From assembly GCF_009914755.1 (NCBI RefSeq), contig NC_060927.1: a stretch of 64,000 nt of DNA; one strand, 5' to 3'. The notes beneath the pieces are model-generated. The model ran no database searches. It saw only the letters and a list, made by a program, of their open reading frames with translations, and was not told the DNA's origin. Origin of the DNA: the human T2T-CHM13v2.0 reference genome, Homo sapiens. Every line of letters begins with the position of its first letter. Positions within the stretch are counted from its first letter, which is position 1. The position numbers and the translations under genes are program-made. This document shows, in pieces, positions 28,740 to 46,096 of the stretch.

Positions 28740-31310
28740 TGAAAATAGTCACATTTTTTAGCTGGCCACAAATTACAATTGCAGAATATTTATGGCCACA
28801 CAAGACATCTTCCACCAAGCCTAAAAAATGTATAAATGTCCTAGGAGTGCAGCATTTTTTCTTAAAGATAATATTAATGAGCTAGCTTAGGTCAACGGGT
28901 TAATGGTCATTGTTAAAACCAATAGCCCCGACTTTAGTGAGTACATCTGCACCTTCCAAGTTTAATTATAACTCTTTCTCTTTATAGTTACTTATAAGTA
29001 CAGACACTAACAAAAGACAATGCATTCCTGCTCTTGTTTTCTGAGGATGTCCAACTCCGTAATGGAGTCATTTCTAATAAACTTGCTTCTTTCACCTCAA
29101 ATTTCTTCCTGCACAAGATCTAAGAATCCTACTTTGTGGTCTGTATCAGGACCCTCTTTTCCAGCAACATCTTTCAGCAATGCCATGAAGGGACACCAAG
29201 ACAAGACCCCCACTCCAAGGAAAACAGTCCACACAGAATCAATCAGCTGGCAAGTGGGCTGTCTTTTAGAGTCGTGAAGCCATTCAGGTGGGCAAGAATG
29301 ATTATCCACTATTACTTAAGTGAGAGGCCCTAGGGTATAATGTTAGGGTGAGAGACTCAGCCCAAAGTTAGAGACCTGGGGGTGTCATACTCAGATTAGA
29401 GGCCAAGCTCACAAGGTTAGAGGCCCTGGGGTATATTGAGAAGAATGGATTTGGCTAAACAAGATGTTTGCCACTTTCTCTTTTTGGACTGTCCACCTTG
29501 TGCTCTCTGTCCCTCACCTGAGTGCTCTGCATCTTGTCACCTTTCTGCTCACCGCCTCTGTTTTCTAGTAGCCTGGAGGCTGCCCCAGGAAAGAGGCCCC
29601 AAACAGTTTAGCTTTTACTTTTCTCAGTGATCCTCTGACTTTTAGCTGACTGCTTATTTAATTTGCCACTGGTCCAAGTGACACAAAAAAAGAGATGTCT
29701 TGGAACCTAGACAGAAAAGATCAGCAGTAACCTCTCCATCATTATGACTAGAAGTTGAAATGTATTTAACAGCCCTACATGATAAGATCAGATACGCCTG
29801 TTTAGTGAGAGCCTGTTTTATGACAACCCTTTGCAAACAGTTAGCCTCAAGATGGAGAACATGAGACTTTTTCTTAACAGTTTTCTCTCATTTCTTAACC
29901 ATAAGGCCATCTTTGATGAGCTGGTATAGGGCAGCTGGACCCTACTTTCTAAACCCAGCATGTCACTTTTTTCCCGAAAGAGTTTTGTCAGTTTTGTCAT
30001 AGCAGTTTTGTCATAGCATAGTTCATTTTGAAAATGGACTAATACATTACAATATACAAGTTACAGCCTTCCCATTTCCCCTGTTTGGCCTGACTTCTTT
30101 TTTTGCAGCTTAATTTGTTTTATAGAAGAGAAACTAAGTGGGAGGAAATACATTATATACAGGCTTCTCTGATGCTTGGTCAGGATAAAAAATTAAATTG
30201 GGCTTCTATATGTTTGATGGAGGAAAAGACAAAATAGGGATGGCACATAATTGATTACCCTTTTAATGCAAGTGCCTCTTAATATCAGGCTTTTCTTAGC
30301 TGGGGCTGAACTCCCCCTGCCAGTCTGAGCACCCCATAAGAACACTGTCAGACTCCTTCCAGTTCTGGTGAGGTGTGCAACATGTTATTAATTCCTTCTA
30401 GTTTTCCAGGGTTATCTAGTGTCTGGTCATCCTCTTCTCCCTGCCCTTCGAGTCCTGTCTTACATACACACCCCACTCTCGAAACACCCGAGCTTCACCA
30501 GAATAACATGCAGTGGGGCCTCTTATCAGCTGGCAAACTTGAATGTTTGCCCTCTCTGGGAAGTGACAGATGATAATAAGGACACTATATAGGTATATGT
30601 ACCCTTTTCTATGTCTGAATTAGCCATATGCAAGGAGAAACTAAAACAGTTTTCAGAGGTTCTGGGAAAACTCATAGACTAATTTAAGAGGCCAACCTGG
30701 ATGTATGATTTGCCCAGGCAGGATTTGCATATATTTATGTTTACCTGCTGCATGGTAGAAAAGCAGTGCATTATAGGAGTGGCTAGAGTACATGCTAATA
30801 GGGTGGCAGCCTGCAACCAGGGACATGACACCTATCAAGTAGGAGGCACAGCAGTGCCTGACTAGGACCCAAAAGAGAACTAGAATCTAGAAAAGACAAA
30901 TGAATTAGGAAGAAAGTGGGATATAGAGAGATATAGAAATTGGGATAAAAAATTATGATCATTTGACTCCTTGAAGGAATAAAACCTAGCCTTATTACAA
31001 GGGTGGATAATTTAGACTTTGAGGAAATACACCAACACTGACCCTGACTCCAAGAAGGGACAGGCATTGCTAGCAGTTTATTTTATAGCCCAGTCTGCTT
31101 CTGATATCTGCAGGAAGCCACCAAAAGCAGCCTTAGACTTCCAGACTCCCATGGATCAGATTTTAGATTTGGATTGTGCAGTTTTCCATCACAGGAATAG
31201 GGCAGAGACAACATAAAATAAAGCAAATCTCGCAAGAGGCCCAGCTTCTAGCTGCAGCCTTGTGCTCTCCACCACTTCAGAGGCAGCCCCTTAACCCCTG
31301 GCCCTTTCTG
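28740..31310 (+). mobile_element. ERV1 provirus 5' half: LTR (ends 29169; left edge approximate), leader and degenerate gag
   Basis: LTR end 'aataaacttgcttctttcac...ggtctgtatcaggaccctcttttccagcaaca', then a PBS-like region. Peptide RKYTNTDPDSKKGQALLAVYFIAQSASDICRK...QTPMDQILDL (31019-31216) is gammaretroviral capsid-like. Confidence 0.75.
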
Positions 31311-31377
31311 CATTATGGTGGTGACCACTGATGACCGTATACCTGGCCGTCGAGTGACCGGCTGTGCTGTCTTACAG

Positions 31378-32434
31378 GTCAGTGTGGGGCCGGAAACAAC
31401 TGGGCCAAGGGACGCTACACAGAAGACACGGAGCTGATGGAGTCAGTGATGGACGTTGTCAGAAAGGAGGCTGAGAGCTGTGACTGCCTGCAGGGTTTCC
31501 AGCTGACCCACTCCCTGGGTGGGGGGACTGGGTCTGGGATGGGTACCCTTCTCATTAGTAAGATCCGGGAGGAGTACCCAGACAGGATCATAAACACATT
31601 CAGCATCCTGCCCTCGCCCAAGGTGTCGGACACCGTGGTGGAGCCCTACAACGCCACCCTCTCAGTCCACCAGCTCATAGAAAACGCGGATGAGACCTTC
31701 TGCATAGATAACGAAGCGCTGTATGACATATGTTCCAGGACCCTAAAACTGCCCACACCCACCTATGGTGACCTGAACCACCTGGTGTCTGCTACCATGA
31801 GTGGGGTCACCACGTGCCTGCGCTTCCCGGGCCAGCTGAATGCTGACCTGCGGAAGCTGGCCGTGAACATGGCCCCGTTTCCCCGGCTGCATTTCTTCAT
31901 GCCTGGCTTTGCCTCACTGACCAGCCGGGGCAGCCAGCAGTACCGGGCCTTGACTGTGGCTGAGCTCACCCAGCAGATGTTTGATGCTAAGAACATGATG
32001 GCTGCCTGTGACCCCCGTCACGGCCGCTACCTAATGGCGGCTGCCATTTTCCAGGGTCACATGCCCATGAGGGAGGTGGATGAACAGATGTTCAACATTC
32101 AAGATAAGAACAGCAGCTACTTTGCTGACTGGCTCCCCGACAACGTAAAAACAGCCGTCTGTGACATCCCACCCTGGGGGCTAAAAATGTCGCCACCTTC
32201 GTTGGGAATAATGCGGCCATCCAGGAACTCTTCAAGCGTGTCTCAGAGCAGTTTACAGCAATGTTCAGGTGCAAGGCCTTCCTCTACTGGTACACGGGCG
32301 AGGGCATGGATGAGATGGAATTCACCGAGGCCGAGAGCAACATGAACGACCTGGTGTCTGAATATCAGCAATATCAGGATGCCACGGCTGAGGAGGAGGA
32401 GGATGAGGAGTATGCCGAGGAGGAGGTGGCCTAG
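31378..32434 (+). pseudogene. TUBB8P8: 5'-truncated unprocessed TUBB8-type beta-tubulin pseudogene (exon 4 only); probably TUBB8P8 (paralog identity inferred)
   Basis: Acceptor 'tcttacag|' at 31377; [12 protein letters not shown] and [10 protein letters not shown] motifs; TUBB8-type tail [14 protein letters not shown] (TAG 32432-32434). 1-bp deletion near 32191 frameshifts the ORF. AATAAA at 32580-32585 with no poly(A) tail. Exons 1-3 are absent. Confidence 0.92.
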
Positions 32435-33125
32435 AACTCTCCTTTTCTAGGTAAAGGGGGGAGGCAGTGTGGGTTCTTCACTGTGTTCTGACAGCCATGT
32501 GTCACTATGCGCTTGTTCATTTGTGTCTTCACATCTCCTGCTGCGTTTTAAAGCATTTTTATAGTATGCGGTTTTGCCTAATAAAGCATTTTCACAGCAT
32601 CTGGTTTCACCTCCATCTTCTTTCTATGGGCCCTCTGGCTACTGCTGCCAGATGCGCATAGTTGTCCTGCAAGGCAGAAGCTGTCTGGGCTTATCACATG
32701 CCCAGGAACAAGCATTCCAGTGGCTCCAGGAGGGCTCGGCATGGGCTGTGGACATGGCAGGCAGGCTTCACATGAACTTGGGGATGCCCTGGGCCTTGGG
32801 CAGCGACGTGGTGGAAAACCTGTTCCTGAAGGCAAGCCTTGGCTTATCCCATGTGCCAAACTTCTAGGGGACCAGCTGGCCATGTTTCTGGAACTTTAAA
32901 AGGGGTCAGTGAACCCTGCTGGACAATGTCCCCAGAGTCCCATCTCGGGGTAGGAATGTGGTCAGACAGCTGGCTCTGAACCAGCAATGAAGGGTGGGCA
33001 AGTGGGACCCCAGCGACTCCATCACCACGATGGCCTGGGTGTGATTGTGTGGCCTCATTCTCTTCACGAGGTGGGCATGGGATATCTGGCAGGGACTAGG
33101 CAGGGATCAAGCCCAGTGTCTGCTA

Positions 33126-33260
33126 ACATGCACTGAACCCCAAGTAGAAGGGGATTAGGTCCTGGGGGCCGTAGATGTGGTTGCTGGGCCTGTGACATGC
33201 ACTGAACCTGATGTAGAAGGGGATTAGGTCCTGGGGGCCGTAGATGCGGTTGCTGGGCCT
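33126..33260. repeat. 69-bp tandem duplication (2 copies)
   Basis: 'acatgcactgaacc...gtagaaggggattaggtcctgggggccgtagatg.ggttgctgggcct' at 33126 and 33195. Confidence 0.9.
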
Positions 33261-34000
33261 CTGTGCTCAGGGCAGTCCCTCCAAAGGCACAGATGGGGTT
33301 TCTGAACAGGACCTGGGGAGACAGGCAGGTGCTCACAAATGCTGCTTCCCCCAACTGGCAACCAGTGAGAAAAACGCCTGAGTGGAGGTCTGACCTGCCC
33401 CAGTCTGGAGGGCTGATGCTCTCTGGAAAGGTGGCTAATGCGTACTGTCTGCTCTCTCCCTGTCTCCCACTCCAAAACCTCAGGGCAAAAATAATCCAAG
33501 ATTGCCAGGATGAGCCTGGTGAGGGTGGCACCTTTGGGGACAGGCCCTTCAGCCTGGCAGAGTCTCCTCCCCAGGCTTCTTGGGGAGCCTGGACTGCAAA
33601 AGCCTGCTTTGGGGAAGCTGTCAAATGAGAGCTGTGTGTGTGAGCTGGGCGCTGGGCAGCATGCACGGACAGTGTTCTTCTCCCTGGCTCTTGTAGAACT
33701 TGTCCACGGCCTGTGTGATGGTCTCTTGGTAATTCCCACCCCCACCCCCACCCCCAGCCCTATCGCACAGATAAGATGAAGCCAGCATAGCCTGGGGGTG
33801 GGCAGATGAACAGGTTCTACCCCAGGTCCCCTGGGAATGCCCACCTGCCTCCGACGTGTCAGGGAAAACAGGTGAGGCCCCTTCTTGTTCTCTGAATGTT
33901 GTCAATGGTCTATTGCAGCCAAATGGGAACAGGCAGGCAGGAGAGTGTCTCATCTCAAAAGAAGTGGCTCCTGGAAGCAGCTGGGAGGTGGGAGAGGTTC

Positions 34001-34106
34001 CCCACACTCGCCCACACTCGCCCACACTCGCCCACACTCCCCCAACCTCCCCTACACCCCCCCACACCCCCCACACTCGCCCACACTCGCCCACACTCGC
34101 CCAACC
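34001..34106. repeat. 10-bp minisatellite (CCCACACTCG)n
   Basis: About 10 degenerate copies visible. Confidence 0.9.
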
Positions 34107-36759
34107 TGTTCTAAGAGCAGGAAAAGGGGCCTTTGTGACAGCCCCTCTCAGTGGCAGCCCCTCTCAGTGGCTCTCACTGTCTGAGGGGTGTCCTTGCCCA
34201 ACCCAGGTGCGCACCCATCTGAGATGGTCTTGCATGGACCTGGTTAGGAAGGTTCAGCTGCAGCAACCACCGGAACCTGCCCACACCTGGTGTCTCCACT
34301 CACGTGTGGGGCTAGATGTTCCTCCCTCCTGTAGTGGTACAGCCAGACTGGCAGAGGGGGCAAGTCACCACTGCAGTTCCCACCTAGGTCTGATGGGGGG
34401 TCAGGCTTGGTGCCCATGTATTTCCCAACTACCTGGTTCCATGTGGGGGCTTCATGGACAGGAGTGGTGCTTTTCCAGGCCTCTTTTCCACATGCCAGCT
34501 ACAGGCCCAGGTTTCCCAAGTTTCTGGAGCCCCTCTTCCAGCCTGGCAAGCAAGTCGTGTTGTAGGGGAAGGACATCAAGCCTACAGGCAGCAGAACCTG
34601 TCTGGGTATGTTCTCTCCACCTGGAGGCCCCTGGTTGTTTACCTCTTTGGGTGAGAGTCAGCTTAGGATCTCAACATTCTTGTAGGACTTCAGAACTGTA
34701 CAGACAGGGGTCCAGGAGGGAACAGGGGCTGGGACTGGCAGCTAACCAGAGTGGTGGGTGTTGTAGGGCTGTTTGGTCTTGCGGGGAATTCAGGGAGGCT
34801 TGGATTTGCTGAAGCTGTAGACGAGCTTGGGCTTGGATACGGAAACAGCATAGAGCAGGGGCCCTTCTGCACACTGGACTCTGAGTAGTTGCACCCTGGT
34901 GTATCCACAGGTGTTCCCCACCTGGAGCACAGCTGTGGATAGAAGCCGGGAGAGCTGTGGAGGGAAGAGGAGGTGGAGGGAGTCTCAGGGCAGCCCCAGC
35001 ATCCAGGCAGGGCCTCTGCAAGTTAGATACAGATCCCGCCTGTTGGCCACTCAGCAGCTGCTCGGTCGGCTGCAGATCACCTGACCTCTGTTCACCAGTA
35101 AATGGGGGTTGCAGCAGCACTTACCTTCTGGGACTCCTGCAGATTGAAGGGGCAGCACACAACACGTGCTGAGAAAGCGCCAAACTCAAGCAAGCTTCTC
35201 CAAGAGCACCACATCAGATTAACACCCAACCTGTACAGGACACCATCAAATCTCCCCACCCCTCATTCCAATGGAAGAAAAGGGAGTCTCTGTCCTAGGG
35301 GAGCAAGCACAGGCCTATCTATGCAGTGGGCACATGGCCCAGGTGGTGGAAAGGCTCTTGGATACATGCTGGTTTCACCAACCATCTGTGGGTTGGGTTT
35401 GGCCTGGACACCTGTACCCCAGGAGGCCGGCAGCCCCCTGCATGGGAGAGGACTGGGAGGCGGGTGGGAGGGCTGAGCTTTGAGGGAAGCCATTATTTGG
35501 CCTCATGGGAAGTGGTGCAGGTGGTTGTTGGTGGCTCAGTTTTGCAGGACCTGGGTGATCACCCAAGGAGTGAAAATTGCCTTTTTATGAGAAATTGCCA
35601 AAATTGATGCAAGCTTATCAGTTGAAAAGGTGAGTAATGCTGACAGTTGGCTTCACCTGCCCCTTCCCCACAAGTAACTGGTGTTCAGAGGTGGATTTGG
35701 TTCCTTCCCAGCCTTTCCCGTTTGCATGTAGATGTGTGCATGTACTTTTGTGTGTACACACACGTTCCCTGGAGGGGTTACTTTTATTTTTTTATTTGGG
35801 GGGATAACTAGTGAGGCAGCCTGACACTTGCTGATCTTGTCTTTTAAGTGTGGAGTCCTCTATGGAGTGGGCATCGGGTACTTCCTAGCTGGCCTCTGCC
35901 AGCTGTTTGGCTGCCCCAGTTTCTGCCCTTCACAGACATGCTGGCCACCTGGTGTGACATTCAGTGGCCTTGTTTGCAGCTAGTGTGATGAGACAAGTGG
36001 ATCAGGTACATTATAAACTGAAAAAGCACACAACATGCAGAGGGAAAGGATAAATGACCATGTGTGTCCTGCTCTGCTGAAGTCCACATCACATGACTGA
36101 GACGACAAACATTTTTTCGCCTAACATTTGGGCCCTGAGAAAAGGCATTTATGTTTTACTTTTTATTTATAACAGAGTTAGGAGAAATACTACCAGGCTT
36201 TCTTTTCCATTATCCCCAACTCCCACTTTACCCCCTCAAGTTTACCTACCTCAGAGAGAAAGCAGAGCTCGCCTGATGAATGAGAGCCTGAAATTATTCG
36301 AGCCAGGTCACTGTGTAAAAGGTCATACTGCTTCCGTCTCCTTGTGCATCACTTGCGCAGCTCAGATATTTCATGGCTCCCTGTATACAGGTAGCTGTGT
36401 TACCCTCCTAGCCGCTTTCTTGGTTTGATACATGCCTGGGAGCATGTGGGAGCAGTTAAGGTCTAGGCTCATGGGAGGACAGTTCTGCCCACCCCAGCTC
36501 ATCTCTCCAGCTCAGCCTGCATGTATGCCTTCCTCCAACTGATTCCAGAGTAGGGGATGGGAGGTCTCACGTTGACCTCAAGTTTAAGTGACTTTTTCCA
36601 CCTCTGCTTTCCCAGACAGCCCTTGCTGTGGGACTTGTAAGGAGATTTGTGAGGTCAGTATCTACTTTTCTTGTGTGGGTGTTTATAAATTATTCCCCTG
36701 GAGGGGAATAAATGTTAGAGGTACTCCAAACCCCTAACATATAAACATCTAAGCCTGGC

Positions 36760-39700
36760 CCTTTTTTGGTGGTAAAATATACACAACATAAAACTTACCA
36801 TTTTAACCATGTTTAAACGTACAGTTGAGTGGCATCCAGTATAATGTGTTGTACAACCATCTCCTTTATCCATATCTACAACTTCTTTATCAGCCTAAAC
36901 TGAAACACCAAACCCATAAATAAGTCTTTGAATAGAAGACTGATGCATTTGACTCCATACAAATTAAAACTTTATAGGCGAGAAAAATGCCTCAAAGTCA
37001 AAAGTGAACAGACTGGGGAAATAGATCTGCAACATACATGACAGACAAAAAGCTAATTTGGGTAATATATATGTATATATATAGCTATATAGCTATCCTA
37101 AATTATTAAAAGACCAACAGCCAAATTGAAAAATGGACAAGGGATGTAAAGAAACAGTTCAAGGAAACAAGTAGATTTTTAAATATTTGCTAATTTTTTT
37201 ACTGTGGTAAAATACGTATAACAGAAAAGTACATTAAGTATAAATACATTGTTGTGCAACTGTCACCACTATCCATTCCAACCCTGTCTTATCATCCCAA
37301 AGTGAAACTCTGTATCCACGGAACAATAGCTCCCCTTTCCCTTCCCCCCATCCCCTGGAAACCACATCCTACTTTCTGTGTCTATGAATTTAATTGCTCT
37401 AGGTATGCTATAAAAGTGGAAAGCATAGAGTATTTGCATTTTTTTGTTTTAATCTTTTCAAGGTTTATGTTGTAGCATGTATTAGAATTTCTTTTTAAGG
37501 CTGAATAATATATCATTGTGTGTATTGATCATATTTGTTTATCCATTCATCTGTAGATGGACATTTGGGCTTTTTCTACCCTCTGGCTCTTGTGAATGCT
37601 GCTATAAACAGGGATGTGCGAATTCCCACTTTCAGTTTTTTGGGGTATATACCCAGATGTGGAATTACTGTATCATATGGTGATTACTGTTTTCCACAGT
37701 GGCTGTGCCATCTTACTTTCCCACCAGCAGTGTGCAGGAGTCCTGACTTCTCCACATCAGCATTTGCTGTTCTCTGGGGCTTTGTTGTTTTGCTTTGCTG
37801 GTGGTGGTGCTTTTGATGGCAGCTATGCTTACATGTGTTAGTTGGTATTGCACTGTGGTTTGGATTTACTTTTTTCTCACGATTAGTGATGCTGAGCACC
37901 TTATCCTGTGTTTACTGGTCATTTGCATATCTTCGTAAGAGAAATGTGTATTCTAAAACCTTTGCTCATGTTTAAATTTGATTGTTTTGTTGTTGTTGCT
38001 GAGGTCTTTATATAGCCTAGATATTAATTACTTATCAAATATATAATGTGTGAATATTTTCTTTCCCTTCATGAATTTATTTTCAATCTATTGATCATAT
38101 CTTCAGATACATAACAGCTTGTCACTTTGATGAAGTTCTTTTTATGTATTTTTGTTGTTGTTGTTGTCTGTGCTTTCACTGTCATATCCAAGAAATTATT
38201 GCCAGATTCTATGTTATGAAACATTTTTCCTATGTTTCTTCTAAGGGTTTTATAGTTTTAGCTCTTACAATTAGATGTTTAGTCCATTTTAAATTAAGTT
38301 TTTTATATGGTGTAAAGTAAGGGTCCAACTGTATTGTTTTCCATGTAAATATTCATTCTTAACACCATTTAAAAATATACTGTCCTTTCCCCATAGTTTT
38401 TACTCCCTTGTTAAAAATCATGACTGTGTTTTTTGGTTCTCTATTTCTATTGCATTGGTCTTTATGTCTGTCTCTATGGTGGTACAGCATTGTTTTGGGT
38501 ACTGAAGCATTGCAGTAAGTTTGAAACCAGGAGGTGTTAGTCCTCTAACTTTGTTAGTTTTTAAGATTGATTTGGCTACTTGGGGTTTTTTGAGATTTCA
38601 TCTGAATTTCAGAATAGGTTTTTCTATTTTTGCAAATATTGGAATTTTTATAGTGATTTTATTGAATCTGTAGATAACTATTGATAACAATGGCGTCTTG
38701 ATGAGGTTTTGTCTTCCAGTCCATAAACACATGATGTCTTTTCATTTATTTGTGTCATCTTTAATACTTTCCTGCAATGTTTATAGTTTTGCTGTACAGG
38801 TTTTTCATTTCCTTGGTTAAGTGGGCTTCTAAGTATTTTATTCTTTTGATGCTATCATACATGATACTGTTGTCTTGATTTCTTCTTCAGATAGTTTGTT
38901 ATTGTAGAAATACAACCGATTTTTGTGTCTTGATTTTGTATCCTGCAGTTTTGCTGAATGTTATTTATTGCATCTGATAGTTTATCTCACAGAAACTAAA
39001 AGATTTTTAATACATAAAGTTATGTCATCTGCGAACAGAAAATTTTACTTTTTTAAAAATTGGAATATCTTTTATTATTTTACTTGCCTTATTGTTTTAA
39101 CTAACTAGAACCTTCAGTACTATATTAAATAGAAGTAGTAAAAGCAGGCATCCTTGATTTTGCTCTTAGGGTAAAAGCTTTCAGTCTTTCATTATAATGT
39201 TAGCTGTGTGTGTTTTTAAATATAACCTTATGTTGTTTTATTCCTTTTTATAGCTTATTAAGTGTATTTTATCATGAACGTGGGTTAAATTTTGACAAAT
39301 GCTTTTTCTTTGATTAAGGTGATCACGAGGTTTTTTCCTTCTTTATGTTAATGTGATATTATGCTGATTTTCATGTGTTGGAACATTTATTTCAGGAGTC
39401 AATTATACTCATTCATAGTGTATAATCCTTTTAATGTACTGCTAAATTTGAATTGCTGGTATTTTGTTGAGGATTTTTGCATCAGCATTTGTAAGGGATG
39501 TTTGTTTGTAGTTTTCTTATGGTGCCTTTGTCTGGCTTGGTGTCAAGGTAATACTGGCCTCATAGAATAAGTTAGAAAACATTACCTCCTCTTCAACGTT
39601 TTGAAAAAGTTTGAGAAAAACTGGTGTTAATTCTGCTTTAAACGTTGGGTAGAATTCAACAGTGAAGCCATCTGGTCCAGGCTTTTCTTTGTTGCTGGGT

Positions 39701-40350
39701 TTTTGATTACTTATGCCATCTTCCTGCTGAATCTCCTTGCTGAATAGGTTTATTCAACTGTTCTGATTCAGTCTTAGTAGGTTTTTTGTTTCTAGGAATT
39801 TGTTCATTTTATTTAGGTTACTCAATTTTTTAGTGTATAGTTCCTTATGGTACTCTCGTGCATCCTTTTTTTACTCCAAAAATTTGTTAGTAATGTACCC
39901 ATTTTATTTTTGAGTTTAGTAATTTGAGTATTCCCTTTTTTTCCTTAGTCAATCTATATAAAATTTTGTCAATTTTGATCTTTTTCAGAGAACAAACTTG
40001 GTTTTGTTGATTTTTGATATTGTTTTTCTGTTCTCTATTTCACTTATTTCCACTGCTATCTTTATCATTTTTAAAATTTTGCTAGCTTTTAGTTGTCCCT
40101 CTTTTAGTTGTCCCTCTTTTAGTAGTCCCCTTTTTTCCCTCTGTTTTTAGTTCCTTAGGAGTAAAGTTGTTGATTCGGTATCTTATTTTTTATTATCATT
40201 TATAGCTATACATTTTTCCCTTATGGTATTATTTTTGATGTATCTCTTAACTTTCGGTATTTCATATTTTTAATTTGTCTCTAGATATTTTCTGTTTTCT
40301 CTTGTGATTTCTTTTATCCATCCTTGAGTGTTTAATACCTATATTTTTAG
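36760..40350 (-). mobile_element. Old L1M (L1MB/MC-like) fragments, mostly antisense, with a short sense fragment near 36930-37170
   Basis: 'tttttaaggctgaataata', 'atccattcatctgtagatggacatttggg', 'ggcctcatagaataagttag', 'gtgaagccatctggtccagg'. Confidence 0.8.
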
Positions 40351-41624
40351 ACATAAAATGTGAAACCTACAAAATTTTCTTGATTTGTTACAGTTTTATT
40401 TGTTGTAAGTTTTTATTTAAGAATTAAATGTGTGTATCAACATTTGTTATGTTCTCATAAACTTTGTAATACATGGAGATTCCTGGTCCACATATATAAG
40501 CCTCTACATGAATATTATTTTGAAGCATTTAATTTTCTGTTTTAAGATTTCAAAGGTCTAAATGAAATTGAGATTTTGGTTTCTGAGATGAAATCATGGT
40601 AGGTGACTGATAAATGCTTAAAAATTAGCCAAAACTTATAATTAAGTTAAAGTTTACCTTCAAGATTCAACCTGAATGAGTTGCCCTGTATTGCTGGTAA
40701 TAAAAAATAAGTCTTTAATGGTATAAAAGCAAACTTCAGAGAATGTCTTTTTTTCCCCCATTGACATCTAAATTAAAAGCTGTAAAAAATTTTGATGGCC
40801 TTATGCATTTTTTACTTTAGAATTCCAACTTTTTCTGGTTAAAATTTTTCCAAACAGATTCCTGTGTATTTGAAAGACAAATAATTTTTTAGTTAAAATG
40901 CTTAAGCAGTTAAATAAGGCCACGAAACTTTCTTGAACTTGTGGGAATCCATGAGAAAATCTGACATTATGTTCTGTTCTCTTGGAAGGTAGAAATATCG
41001 TTTGACTTCTGTTTTGCTGACAAGAAATGTGGTCCTGAGCAAGGCTGCCTGGGACAATGACCTCACACATGGATAATGCTGGAGCCCATCTGTCTCCAAT
41101 CTGCTGTTTTCCAAAAATTAGGGAAGTTCAGTTTTCCCTTTGATACTCTCTGTTTCTACCAACCCCAACGCCAGGGCTGTCCTGCTTCTACAAGTGACAA
41201 TGACAAATATAGGCCTGAAGGAAGATGAGCTGATGGCATTCCCAGCTTATTACCACTCCTTGGGGGCCTTATCTCACATACGTGGATTCAATTCATAGAC
41301 TCAGGTGGGTGAGGATCTATTGTTCAGCTACATTAGAAGTGACTGCTTAAGACTCTGGTGTGTGGTGAAATGAGGCAGAATTTTCTCAATGGCGTGTTGG
41401 GAGAAGTTTCTCCTCATAATTACCATCTTACTATCACTAAATCATAGCTAAAATAAGGAAATTATTCAAGAAGAAATAGAAATGTAATCTTATGAAGACA
41501 TAAATTTAGAGATTTGTGGAAAGCCCTTCATAATTTCATGGTGTTCTCTTTGAGCTGGGATTATAGTTGATATTTCATTATAATATATTAGCTGTTCTAG
41601 ACTTTATGCATTTATGTAAAGTTT

Positions 41625-46096
<4,472 letters not shown>

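Larger units (their letters stand above)
32592..34954 (-). pseudogene. FAM166A: Unprocessed pseudogene of FAM166A/CIMIP2A (parent symbol given); exons ~34747-34954, 34433-34695, ~34219-34343, 33684-33791, ~33197-33312, ~32592-32675
   Basis: Minus-strand peptides GFYPQL..QVGNTCG..SVQKGPCS, LKSYKNVEIL*..ENIPRQVLLPVG, LYHYRREE, GYAGFI..NYQETITQAVDKFYKSQ, LFRNPIC..PSNHIYGPQDLIPFY and LQDNYA follow FAM166A in order. Stops, frameshifts and mutated splice sites. First exon not found. Confidence 0.82.

Noticed and set aside
31437-32345. Functional beta-tubulin CDS
   Set aside because: Exons 1-3 (MREI N-terminus) are absent and the C-terminus is frameshifted near 32191.
31378-32600. Processed (retro) tubulin pseudogene
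   Set aside because: Intronic sequence with an acceptor precedes the exon, there is no poly(A) tail, and the genomic neighbour FAM166A is co-duplicated.
33856-34812. 318-aa ORF and overlapping 150-200 aa ORFs
   Set aside because: Antisense or off-frame readings of the GC-rich FAM166A pseudogene and the 10-bp minisatellite; no recognisable domain.
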